Shown piece after piece: positions 10,659 through 21,142 of a stretch of DNA of 64,000 nt (position 1 is the first letter of the stretch; the number at the start of each line of letters is the position of its first letter). The stretch is taken from contig NW_026919344.1 in the NCBI RefSeq assembly GCF_032062105.1, positions 1-64,000 of the forward strand. Reading direction: 5' to 3'. Under the pieces are notes generated by a model, which worked only from the letters and a program-made list of their open reading frames with translations, made no database searches and was not told the DNA's origin. Source of the DNA: Saccostrea cucullata. Its lineage: Eukaryota. A program made the translations under genes and the position numbers.

Positions 10659-12030
10659 CTAGTCATGATAGGGCTTAAGCTTGTCATGATGTATAACTTT
10701 CTGGGTACGCTTGTCAAGGGATTTCACTCTGTAAGTAAGATCTGAGATTTTCTCCACAATAGTACAAGGTCCCCAGTAACAATTACTAAGTTTCCCTGTG
10801 TCGGATTCATTTAGAACCCAAACTTTGTCTCCAACCTTGTAGTTATTGAGAAAAGTTTTCAGATTATAGAAGTGTCTTTGTCTCTCTGCAGAGCTATTAA
10901 AGTGCTGTCTAGCTATCTTGTGTGCTTGTTGTAAGCGATCCCTTAGTGATTCCACATATTCCCCATAGTCTACCACAGAGTTATCTTCCTTTGTTCTACT
11001 GCCAAAAATGATCTCTGTAGGAATTCGCACTTCGCGTCCCAGCATCAAAAGATTTGGTGAAATACCTGTTGATTCGTGTACACTTGATCTGTATGCTGCA
11101 CCAAGGCATCCTAAATACAAGTCCCAGTCTGTTTTGTCATCTTTGATATAGCACTTAATCATTTTGAGGAGTGTTCTATTGAACCTTTCAGTTTTCCCAT
11201 TGCATTGAGGGTGACGTGGGGTAGTTCGCGTCTTCTTTATTTCAAGAAGTTCACATAATTCATGAAAAAGGTTACTTTCATAGTTACGACCTTGATCTGA
11301 ATGTATTGACTCTGGACAACCAAACCGACTTATAACCTCATTTAATAGTACCCTAGCTGTTGTGACTGCTGTCTGATCTGGAATAGGAAAAATTTCAACC
11401 CAGTTACTGAAATGATCAGTTGCCGTTAAAATATATTTGTTTCCCCTTGGGGTCTCTGGCAATGGACCCAGTATATCAGTGGACAACCTGTCCATAGGAG
11501 CTCCTACAGTCATGCATCCTAAACTTGCTCTCGGTTTGTGGTATGGTTTCCTGTTTTTCTCACAGACTTTACAACCTGACACATGAGCTGCAATATCCTC
11601 TTTCATTTCAAACCAGAAGAAATTCCGAGAAACTTTATCTTGGGTCTTTTTCCTTCCCAGATGACCACTCAGTAAATTGTCATGTGCTAAGGTAATTACT
11701 TCCTTCCTTAATTTTCTGGGGGTTACAAATTGCAAGTGAGATCCAGAGTTGTCTTTCTTGTGAAATTCTTTTAGTAATAGTCCATCTTTAATTTGAAGAG
11801 TGTCAAAGATATGCCAGTAGTATCTAACAGCTGGTGTTTGCATTAAAATTTCTAACCTATCAGGCCTAGTCTGGTTCTTCACCCATTCATACACGGGACC
11901 TATGTCTGGGTCATTTAGTTGATCTTTCTGTAATTGACTTCTACCGTATTTTGTCCAAAATGTAGTATAACCCTTCTCTTTGTTCTGTGTTTGTTGTCTA
12001 GTATTCACTGCCCTGATTTGTTGATCCTGC
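10659..12030 (-). CDS. pol: pol 3' part: integrase (out of frame with upstream pol)
   Basis: HHCC (HDNLLSGH...CKVC), D-D-E core (TDILG, SDQG, TERFN), GPY/F-like WGPCTI. No chromodomain. The frame change maps near the G7 run at 12030-12036. Confidence 0.92.
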
Positions 12031-14960
12031 CCCCCCAAGATCACATGCCTCCAAACTTTGGCCAGAAGCCTGGAAACAGGGATCTTGTTCCATGCTGGAT
12101 TTCTGTAAGAAAGAACTACACATTTCAAAAGATCTCTTCCGACATTTATTGCAAGGTCCACATTTTAAATATTCTAAGTTGTCTGTTTCAGGACAAGTAC
12201 AGTCTGCAGGATTTTCACATCTGCTCATAGCATCCGCATTCCCATGCTTGTGACCTGGGCGATATTGTACTGAAAAATTAAAGTAAGAAAGAATTTCTAA
12301 CCAACGGGCAATACGCCCTTTTGGTTCCCTGAGTTTGAATAACCAGACAAGTGCCTGATGGTTTCGCACTGTAAATCTCCGTCCAAGCAAATATTGCCTG
12401 AAATACTCTACAAAATATCTTAGAGCAAGTAATTCTTTGTCGGTAATACAATAATTCTTTTCTGACTTATTTAATGAACGACTCCCATATGCAATAACTT
12501 TTTCAGTGCCATTCTGTATTTGGGACAGGACGCCTCCAATTGCTACATCACTAGCATCTGTGTCTAGGATATATTCTCCTTCATCTAAAGGGTATGCCAA
12601 AATGTTAGGACTAGAAAAGGATTCCTTTAACTGTGTAAATACTTCTTCGCATTCCTCTGTCCAAATGAATGGCCTCCCTTTTTTAGTTAGTTCCACTAAA
12701 TGTCTTACTAGTTTAGCAAAATCTTTTATAAATTTCCTGTAATAACTCCCCATCCCTAGAAGTTGCCTAATTTCAGTAACCGTGGTTGGGCGAGGCCACT
12801 GTAAAATCTTTGAAGTATTATCGGGATTAGGCAGCACTCCTTCAGCTGATACCACATGGCCTAAAAATGTGACACTTGTTTGGAAAAGATTACACTTTTC
12901 TGGCTTAAGTTTCATTCCAGAACTTTTTATTCTTAAAAATACATCTTCAACTCTTTTCAGGTGCTCCTGGAAAGATGATCCAAAAACAACAATGTCATCG
13001 AGATAGATGATACAAGTCTGCCAGTTTAATCCTTGCAAAACAAGTTCCATAAGTCTCTGGAATGTGGCACAAGCTGTACTTAAACCCATAGGCATTGTAG
13101 TAAATTCGTAAAGTCCGTATTTGGTAATGAAGGCCGTCTTAGGAATATCTTCCTCTTTTACTGGTACCTGGTGGTATCCGGATGTAAGATCAAAAGTAGA
13201 AAAGTATACAGCTCCTCGGACTGTATCTAAGCAGTCCTGAACTCGAGGAAGTGGAAATGCATCCTGGCGAGTTACTGTATTAAGACGTCTATAGTCAATA
13301 CAACATCTGGTTTTTCCATTTTTCTTTTTAACTAATACTATGGGACTAGCCCAAGGAGAACTGGACTTTCTAATTATTCCTTGTTCCATCATTTGTTTGA
13401 CAACTTTTTGTTCCTCTTCTGCAAATGCTAAAGGCACTCTTCTTGGAGGCTGTCTAATAGGCTTGGCACTCCCTGTATCAATTTCATGATGTACAAGTGT
13501 AGTGACTCCTAAATCGGTATCGTCTTTTGAAAAGATAGACTGATAATTAGAGAGTAGATCTGCAATTTCTTTGCATTCTTCATGAGTTTTGTTTTGAATT
13601 GCTCTGTTATATAATTCTAAAAGATGATCAGGAACAATTGACTCTGAAGAGTTGTCTCCCTTGTCAGAGTGATCTACTTGTAGTTTCCTAACTTGTTCTC
13701 TACTTAATTGATCCTTGTTTTCTGACGACAAGACTTCTGTAATATTTAAGGGATGGACAAGTTCTGCTTCTCCTAAAACATCATCCTGCTGTATCTTGGA
13801 TTCTGTATTGAATGGATTTAAAACTCTAATTTTTGCTGAAATTGTATTCTCCATGTCTGTCAAACAAGAAGCCATTAAAAGAGGAAACCGATTATTGAAA
13901 TCACTTGTAGGTTCTATACAAAAGATAGTACTCTGTAAATCCTTGTCAGACTCAAATCTGTCAATAAAAACATCTATCAGCTTCTCACAGTAAGCCGGAA
14001 TGACATAATCATCTGCTGCTATAACCCTCCTGGTTTTGTCGAGTGTTTGTCTAAATTCAATTTCTGTTCCTCCAAAATTGATAGTATTATCATGCAAGTT
14101 TATATTGACTGGTCCATTTTCTGGTTTTAACAGTATATCTAATCCTAAGAGTGCTTGGTCCTCTATTTCTGCCACAATTATCTCCTCCTGGCAGGTCTGA
14201 TGACCAAGTTGAACTTCAAAAATGGCCTTTCCAAACTCTTTCAGTGGTTCTCCACTTACACTTGTTAACAATGTAGACTTATTTAACTTTGGTCTCTGGT
14301 CTTGAGGAATTCTCTCATAAGTTTTCTTTGATATAATGGATCTTGTCGCACCAGTATCTGTAGTCCACACCAAATCTACTCCTTGTACAGATCCATTTAT
14401 ATATACTCCTGGACAGCTATTGATTTGTCTTAAAACACTAGTAACAACATCCGTGCAACAACTCCTATTAAGTAGTTCAGCTGCTTCTGTATCAAGCATC
14501 TCACTTGATGTAAGTTGAGTGTCAGACTCACTCATATTAAGTAATTCACCGGCATTTGTATCAAGCATCTCACTTGATGTAAGTTGAGTATCAGACTCAC
14601 CATATGTCTGAGTTTCACAATTAGGGTTAACAATGGGCACCACATCACAGTCCACTAAACTGTCTCCAAGTGTGTCCAAATAACCAACCATCCTATTTTC
14701 CTCCACTTTACAAAGTGTCCGCTGATCATGAGATTTACAAGGCCCACTACCTATACTCTCAGCATCATAAAATATATCTTCATCTAAATCGCAGTGATCT
14801 CCCTTAATTTGTTGCAAATTATCCTCTACTGCCTCTGTGCTTCCAGACAAATCAAAGCAGGTATTTTGCTTCTCAATTATACAACAATTTTGAAAAGTTT
14901 GGCCATCCTTAAAATTCAACCGGGTCATCCCTTGGCCCTCAGAGCTGACCCTTTCTAGTT
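12031..14960 (-). CDS. pol: pol 5' part: aspartic protease, reverse transcriptase, RNase H
   Basis: DTG protease motif; RT motifs SPWASP, CIDYRRLN, DLTSGYHQ and YLDD; RNase H TDASD...KELLA...NADAMSR. The frame is -1 relative to gag and stays open across the gag stop. Confidence 0.93.
14466..14600 (-). repeat. 69-bp in-frame tandem duplication in the acidic pre-protease region of pol
   Basis: ESDTQLTSSEMLDTxAxELLN occurs twice. Confidence 0.85.
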
Positions 14961-14964
14961 TGAC
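14922..14964 (-). promoter_or_regulatory. Putative gag-pol -1 ribosomal frameshift signal
   Basis: G TCA AAC directly before the gag TAG, a 6-nt spacer, then the stem GGGTCA/TGACCC. Confidence 0.55.
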
Positions 14965-16571
14965 GAAGATTTAAATTCAGCAGCTCTAGGATTAAGTCTA
15001 CTCTCCACATTTCCATTCTGAACCTTCTTTTCGCTTGAACAATTCCTTGCAAAATGCCCTTGTTCACCACAGCGGTAACATATCAGGGGGTGCTTCTGTT
15101 TACGGGGCTGTTCTATGTTTGAAGAGGATTCTGAGGAGAGGACTTCATTTAAGATGTCCTTTAGTTCTGCTCTGGTTATAAAATCAGAATTTTTCTGACT
15201 CTGTTTGACTCTACTGCCCTGTTCAGGAGTTTGTTTTTGTTGACCTTCTGTTTCTTTAGGATTCATTTTAGGCTTTGTGAAAATTCTAGGATTTTTGTCT
15301 GTGGCCTTTGGAGAGCTAGCTGGTTTCATCTGTTGACCTACTTGTCGTATTTGTTTCCTTTTGTGATAGCGGTCATTTTCATCATCTGCTCTGGGGTACC
15401 TAGTTGTCTCCTCATACTCAATAATAAACTTGACAGCTTCCTCAATGGTAGAGGGATCTTTGTTTAGCTCGACATAAATCCTAGCCTTCTCATTCATGAG
15501 ACCTAGTAAAAACCGTGAAACTAGATCCTCTTGTCGTGTAACATGATCTCTATTTGGGTAAGCCTTACTGTAGAGGCTTTTTAACGCTGCACCATAAGAC
15601 TGGGCAGATTCTCCATTTCTCTGGTCCCTTCTCCTGAATTTTGTCTGAAAGGTCTTATGAGATTCATAAACCCCAAAACGATTCCCAAGTTCCCTTCTCA
15701 GTTTCCTGTAGCTTGTCAAAATTTCTGAACTTAACTCCTCAAAAACAAACTCGCCTGCTATGCCTTGTAATCTCGGCAAGAGCTGTCCTAACTTTTGTTT
15801 GTCTGTCCATCTGTTGTGACTGGCTAGAGCCTCAAATCTATTGATGTAGGCTTTCCAACTTTCATCTGGGTCTCCTTTGAAAGCAGGTAGTTTTACTGAA
15901 ACTTGTTTTTCTTTGAAAATCCTGTTTGTAGAGACAGAACTTGCATTGTCACCTGAGTCAGACCCATCACTTGACTCATCACTGTTTGAGTCCTTGTTGG
16001 TACTCTTGTTGAGCATACTTTTTGTCTGTGATTTGTTGTGTTCTTTATTGACATGGGGGTTTTCTTTGAAATCTTTTAAAGTAGTTTTGAAAATATTCCC
16101 TATGGTCTCAGTCATCTTGCTGAGTGCTCCATTTATCATTTGAGCAAATGTTTCTAACATATTTGTTTGGCTTTGATTTATTGAGTTTTCATTCTTGTCA
16201 GGATCTTTTCCTTCATTTTGAGTATTCCTATCTTGTGTGAGGTTTGAGGATCTTGACATTCTTTTAGTGTATGTCTTGTTTCTCTTGTTCTTAGAAATGA
16301 GAGGACTTGCATTTGAAGATCTGTTGACTTTTTGTGGGGGTTGTACTATAATTTCAGGATACAGTACATGTACACCCTCTGTGTTTGAATGATCCTCTTT
16401 GTTTGAATGATCCTCTGCATCTGAGTTGCATGTGGAGTTGTCCTCATCATATTCTGTTAAAAATTCCTCCTCACTTTCTCCTGTGAAATTTTCTACTTCC
16501 GTGGGACAGATTATTTGGTTTGTCTCAGTGTCCATTTGTTCTCTCAAAGCTGCCTGGCGTCTTGTAAACAT
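14955..16571 (-). CDS. gag: Gag (capsid-like domain and CCHC zinc knuckle)
   Basis: First ATG at 16571 (MFTRRQA). Capsid-type region KLPAFKG...WKAYINRFE...W; knuckle CYRCGEQGHFARNC. Confidence 0.92.
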   Translation of the reverse strand: MFTRRQAALREQMDTETNQIICPTEVENFTGESEEEFLTEYDEDNSTCNSDAEDHSNKEDHSNTEGVHVLYPEIIVQPPQKVNRSSNASPLISKNKRNKTYTKRMSRSSNLTQDRNTQNEGKDPDKNENSINQSQTNMLETFAQMINGALSKMTETIGNIFKTTLKDFKENPHVNKEHNKSQTKSMLNKSTNKDSNSDESSDGSDSGDNASSVSTNRIFKEKQVSVKLPAFKGDPDESWKAYINRFEALASHNRWTDKQKLGQLLPRLQGIAGEFVFEELSSEILTSYRKLRRELGNRFGVYESHKTFQTKFRRRDQRNGESAQSYGAALKSLYSKAYPNRDHVTRQEDLVSRFLLGLMNEKARIYVELNKDPSTIEEAVKFIIEYEETTRYPRADDENDRYHKRKQIRQVGQQMKPASSPKATDKNPRIFTKPKMNPKETEGQQKQTPEQGSRVKQSQKNSDFITRAELKDILNEVLSSESSSNIEQPRKQKHPLICYRCGEQGHFARNCSSEKKVQNGNVESRLNPRAAEFKSSSN

Positions 16572-16648
16572 AATTGAAGTATCATACAATCAAAAATTTA
16601 ACATTTGTAGCAAGTCCGTATCGCTGGATCCACGCCTTAAAACAGTGG

Positions 16649-16666
16649 ATCCCACTTCTGACACCA
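16649..16666 (-). promoter_or_regulatory. Primer binding site complementary to the 3' end of tRNA-Leu
   Basis: TGGTGTCAGAAGTGGGAT, 7 nt inside the 5' LTR; complementary to ATCCCACTTCTGACA+CCA of tRNA-Leu(CAA/CAG). Confidence 0.9.
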
Positions 16667-16673
16667 AATAAAA

Positions 16674-17896
16674 TGTAGCGGGCTAGCGCTCTATGCCCGC
16701 TGCCCTGGGTATGGCTACTCCCAATTAAGTATGACGGTAAATTAGAGGGGAGGGAATGACCGGCCTCAACCCCATTTAGACACCAAAGCAGTCATTAAAA
16801 AAGAAATAAATGTACTCCAGCAAAATAAAAATAAATAAGAGTAAGAGTTAAATAACTTGAGATGATGGTTTATTCAGAGATAGAACTAATTAATCAAAAG
16901 AACAAAAAATAATCAATAATCGAAAATCACTATAAAATAATTGGCTGCAGTCGTCTGTACAAAAATACTCTAATCAAAAATAATTAACTTTCCCCAATTA
17001 ATTAAATTCCAAAAAATATGCAGATCAAATACTAAAATTTTATCAGACAATTCCTATTCAGTGAATAATTAATTTCTCTAACTCTAAGTCTAAAATTTCC
17101 AATAAAAATCTAGAGAAAATAGACCTACATCTTCCTAAGAAAGAGAAAAAGGCTGGAGTCCCCGTTGAACAACGGAACTCTCCTTATATACTAACAGGGA
17201 ACGGATTCCGTTCCAAACTAACGTAATCTGATGAAAACTAACGGAATATCCGTTCAAAGAAAACGGAGAAACTTAACAGAAAATAGTTCCAAGACATAAA
17301 AACTATTATTTCTGAACACAATATTAAAAGACAATATAAGTTTAATTCATTCACAATAATAAAAATAAATTATTTACCTTGGAAACGTAATAACTAAATA
17401 TTCAGCGTGTCAAGTCGGCGAAATAATATGGCCCGGCGGATCCAATAAAATACGCCGGAAGTATACCACAATGCATAGCGAAGACAAAAAAAATGTAAAC
17501 AAGACGACTGGTAAGACAACTTCAGTTTGCAGCCAAATAAACACATTTACAATCGTAATACAGGTAACATATTAAATTACATGTAATTTAGATAATGCTT
17601 GTTCAATATAACAAGAAAAGAACCCTTTATAAGTGATTTACAGTACATAACATCATGTATCAATATGCATGTCAACGTAAAAATAGGCCAACACGTGTTT
17701 ACATCTTAATATCAACTGGAATACTTTTTTTTTTGAATACAATATCATACGGAAATATGAATAGTTCCGACGGTATTTATAAAAGATACAACCATTATCT
17801 TCATTTCTTATTTAAATATATATAGATAATACTTAAAAATGCTCAAACACTCTCGTAGTTACAATTAGGGGTCGTATCAAAAATCAAAACATTACA
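16674..17896 (-). repeat. 5' LTR
   Basis: Direct repeat of 6999-8219. Minus-strand TATATAAG at 17183-17190 and AATAAA at 16869-16874. Confidence 0.95.
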
Positions 17897-19714
17897 GAGC
17901 TGTGAGGAAGTAATATGACAGAAATACGACATGCATACCGGGAACTCAGTACAAAATACTGAATACTCCCTCATTGCAAATAAATTAAACAAATGTATGG
18001 TTACCAATTGGCGCTTCAGAACACTATTGGGCTACCTAACTGAAGTAAGTTGACTCCTTTCAATCAATTTAACATTTAACAAATCAACTTGACAGCAGAG
18101 CAATGATGGACCTCTTAATACGTCAGATGTGGGATCAGGTCCCATGGAAGAGTAAGATCCGAAAATCTTCATTCAACCAAGAATTGCACCTCAATTGCTG
18201 AATACATTTTCTCAACCGGTCACAATTGGTTTGTATGATACAGGTCATATTCCTCTTTTTAAATCATTAGTGTACAATGCATTAACAGTTTATGATTATG
18301 ATAACTATACCCTTATAAATTCCAAAAAATGACAATATTAAAAATAAGTAGGGATCAATTCCCTTTGGTTTTCTCCTGAATGACAGATAAAGTTTATTCT
18401 TACATCTCTTAAAACTTAAAATAATGAAACATTTCACAGATTTAATTAACTTTCATATTTTTTCCAAGAATTTTTTTTAATTTTACGATAACCGATATTG
18501 CATCAAATAAGCATCGTGGAATATGCACCTCAGACCTCAGGAAAGGTAAAACTCAAAAAGTTATTCGAACATCCCATAAATCAATCAAGAGAAAAGAAAA
18601 AAAATGATTACTATTCCAATCACAATAACTCAATTTTATTTCGTTTATTCATTAGCTAGTTAAACATCAGAAATCTATAATTTTTATCAGTTTAGGAAGA
18701 GAACTGCATTAATTTAGGGACAATATGATAGAAATATTTCATATACAGTCGATGAATGGAGCCAAAAAAATAAATAAAGGAACAAATATGCATACAGCAA
18801 ATATAGTAAATTTCTAAAACACTATTATAAACCATGTTGGACATTAAAGGCTATAGAAGAATTTATTAAAAGCTTTCATGTATTTTTCATTTCTATATGT
18901 AGAAAGACTTCTAATTTAAAAGAAAATATAAATGTTAAAAAAAGATCTGAATGTGATTTTTCATTTTGATTTTACTTTTGTAATTGATATTTCGGCAAGT
19001 TAATGTTATCAATTTTCACTTACATAAAAAATAATGATTAATTTAAGATAATAATAACTCTGAAGACCTCTCTCATCAAAACACACAAAAATGTCAGCGA
19101 CACAAGCAATATACTAGTAAATAAAATTTTCAGATTGCCTTGTCCTTTCTTTAGTAAAAGAAATATAGCATATATTAAAAACAAAGGACTAAAAAAGTAA
19201 ACAAACAAATAACACAACAACATTTAAAAAAAAATCCCATACATTTACACGTTTACATGTTTAATTAAAATGTTTTAAAACTTTACACAAAATGAATCCG
19301 GACCTTTGTGAAATGCGTCTGTCTGTCTTGAGTTCATAGGTAAAGGTTGATTTACATGATTGAAAGAATTAATCAACAGTAATTAATCAAGGCTAAGTGA
19401 TAAATCGTATAAGCAAATATTTGTTTTAAAAAGCGCACACATCAATGGAATTCAGATGATAAAGTAGCATTTCTTTATCGAAAAAAAAAATCAAAATTGC
19501 ATTAAGATTTTGGAACTCCTAGAAATTCTTGAAATATATAATTGTATCATTAAAATATTTGGGGAAAAAATGTAAATATGAGTTATATTGATGATTTATA
19601 TATTGTTTTACGTCAAATTGACAGTATTTTAGTCATTACAAATTTTGCGATCTTTCCTTTAAATGAAACCTGAAAATAACAAGCATAAATCGAGCTCAAC
19701 ATTTGATGAAACAA

Positions 19715-19960
19715 AAAATTTGGGCAGAGCAAACACGACTCTGTTAACACAACAGAGGTGGGATCAGAAGCCATAAAGAAGTGAGCATTCCCTGTCGACT
19801 GGTCACTCTCGTCGTGTGTTCCTTGTCATGATCTGGCAAACAGAAAAATAGGTTTGTAAATGATGTTCTCACAATTAGTGCGAAAACTTCAACCTGCATT
19901 CGACTTGATGATAGATTGTTCTTGGTGACAAAGTCATCGTATATACCGTATAACTCTTCA
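19715..19960 (-). mobile_element. Penelope-like element 3' tail fragment
   Basis: Reverse complement of the recurrent tail (CAGAGGTGGGATCAG...GTGAGCATTCCCTGTCGACTGGTCAC) plus remnants of the RT end. Confidence 0.65.
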
Positions 19961-20170
19961 ATATATATTCATTTTGCTATTAACCTATATTGTCAACCAA
20001 ATATCTAAATATTTAATTTTTTTGCGCTCACTGGAATTCATCGAGTCGATACATTATTGAAAATAAGTATTATTGATTGATGAAATACTATCGATATATT
20101 TAAAGCGAAGTGTCGAAATGAAAGTCCACAGCAGGAGTTTTCTTTTCAAGTAGAAGATATTTGATAAATT

Positions 20171-20178
20171 TTGTTTAA

Positions 20179-20219
<41 letters not shown>

Positions 20220-20485
20220 GTATGCCGGTGAAGGGCTTTAAATTTAGACCTATACTCGGCACTCAGGGCCATTGAGCAGTTAAGGTTCTTCATCGTGCCA
20301 ACGCCTACCGCGGCACGGGACCTACGTTTTTAAGGTCGTATCTGAAAGACCTTTCACTTCTAATGCAGAGCATTTAGCTAAGGAACAGTCACTACCCTTG
20401 TTTACGTCTTGGGTTCATGAGGCGCCGCGAATGAGAATCGAACCCGGGCCTCCCGATCACGAAGCGAACGCTCTAGGCTACCATA
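20171..20485 (-). mobile_element. tRNA-derived SINE with Meta-like and Deu/Nin-like central domains
   Basis: Minus strand shows B-box GGTTCGATTC, GGTAGTGACTGTTCCTT, GGTCCCGTGCCGCGGTAGG...GGCACGATGAAG. The tail GTGACGTCTCCATATGAGTGAAA...GGGACGTTAAACA is shared with 44174-44444. Confidence 0.85.
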
Positions 20486-20657
20486 GATACCTAAAATCTA
20501 ACAAATCCGCATTTATATCGGGTTATTTTTTGACAATAATTTGGAATACCTACTCTCTTTACACTGCATAGACTTTGTCCGAGAGGAATGCCAGCATCAA
20601 ATGAAGAGTACAGTATTTGTTTGTACAGTAAGAATTATTTGTATCAAATTAACTTAA

Positions 20658-21142
20658 GGTCAAGATCTAGTAAATAATTTGAGACTAATTTTTTGGTGCT
20701 AGATCTATTATGACGTCATAATCAATTTAAACTTTCCTTTTCCCGTACTTTACGGCTTTAGCAGAATTATGCAGAAAATAGGGTATTTTCATGTCATTAA
20801 ATCTGAAATCATATGAAAAGTAAATCGGATACCTATATTAAATTTGATATTGATTTAAAGAAGAGGCCATGAATATACTAATTACCGTTTTCTGAGAGAC
20901 TGTAGGCAATCTGGATACAATTCCTTTGTAGAATACGAAAAAAACTCACATATTCATGACTGGTTTTCTTAATTTTTCATTGAAAATGACAGTTTAAAAT
21001 ACAGTTTTTCATCTTGTATGCCTACAAATTATGCCCCGAAACACCTTATTTGACCAAGCTAAAGTTGTAAAGCATCAATAAAAGAATTTATTTCTCAAGT
21101 TTGATAAATCTGTAGGCACCTTTCAATTACTAGATCTTGACC
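20658..21142. mobile_element. MITE with TTAA TSD and GG...CC termini (Kolobok-like)
   Basis: TIR GGTCAAGATCTAGTAA / TTACTAGATCTTGACC with TTAA on both sides. A second copy lies at 35539-35910. Confidence 0.88.

Larger units (their letters stand above)
6999..17896 (-). mobile_element. Full-length Ty3/Gypsy LTR retrotransposon with an extra 3' ORF
   Basis: Two LTRs of about 1.22 kb with TGTA...TACA ends. 4-bp TSD GAGC at 6995-6998 and 17897-17900. PBS and PPT present. Order gag, PR-RT-RH-IN, then ORF3. Confidence 0.97.

Noticed and set aside
12037-12161. Independent start for the integrase ORF
   Set aside because: The N-terminal part of the called ORF overlaps the true pol frame; integrase is normally part of the Pol polyprotein.
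11934-16671. Several short plus-strand ORFs inside the retrotransposon
   Set aside because: They are antisense shadows of gag and pol.
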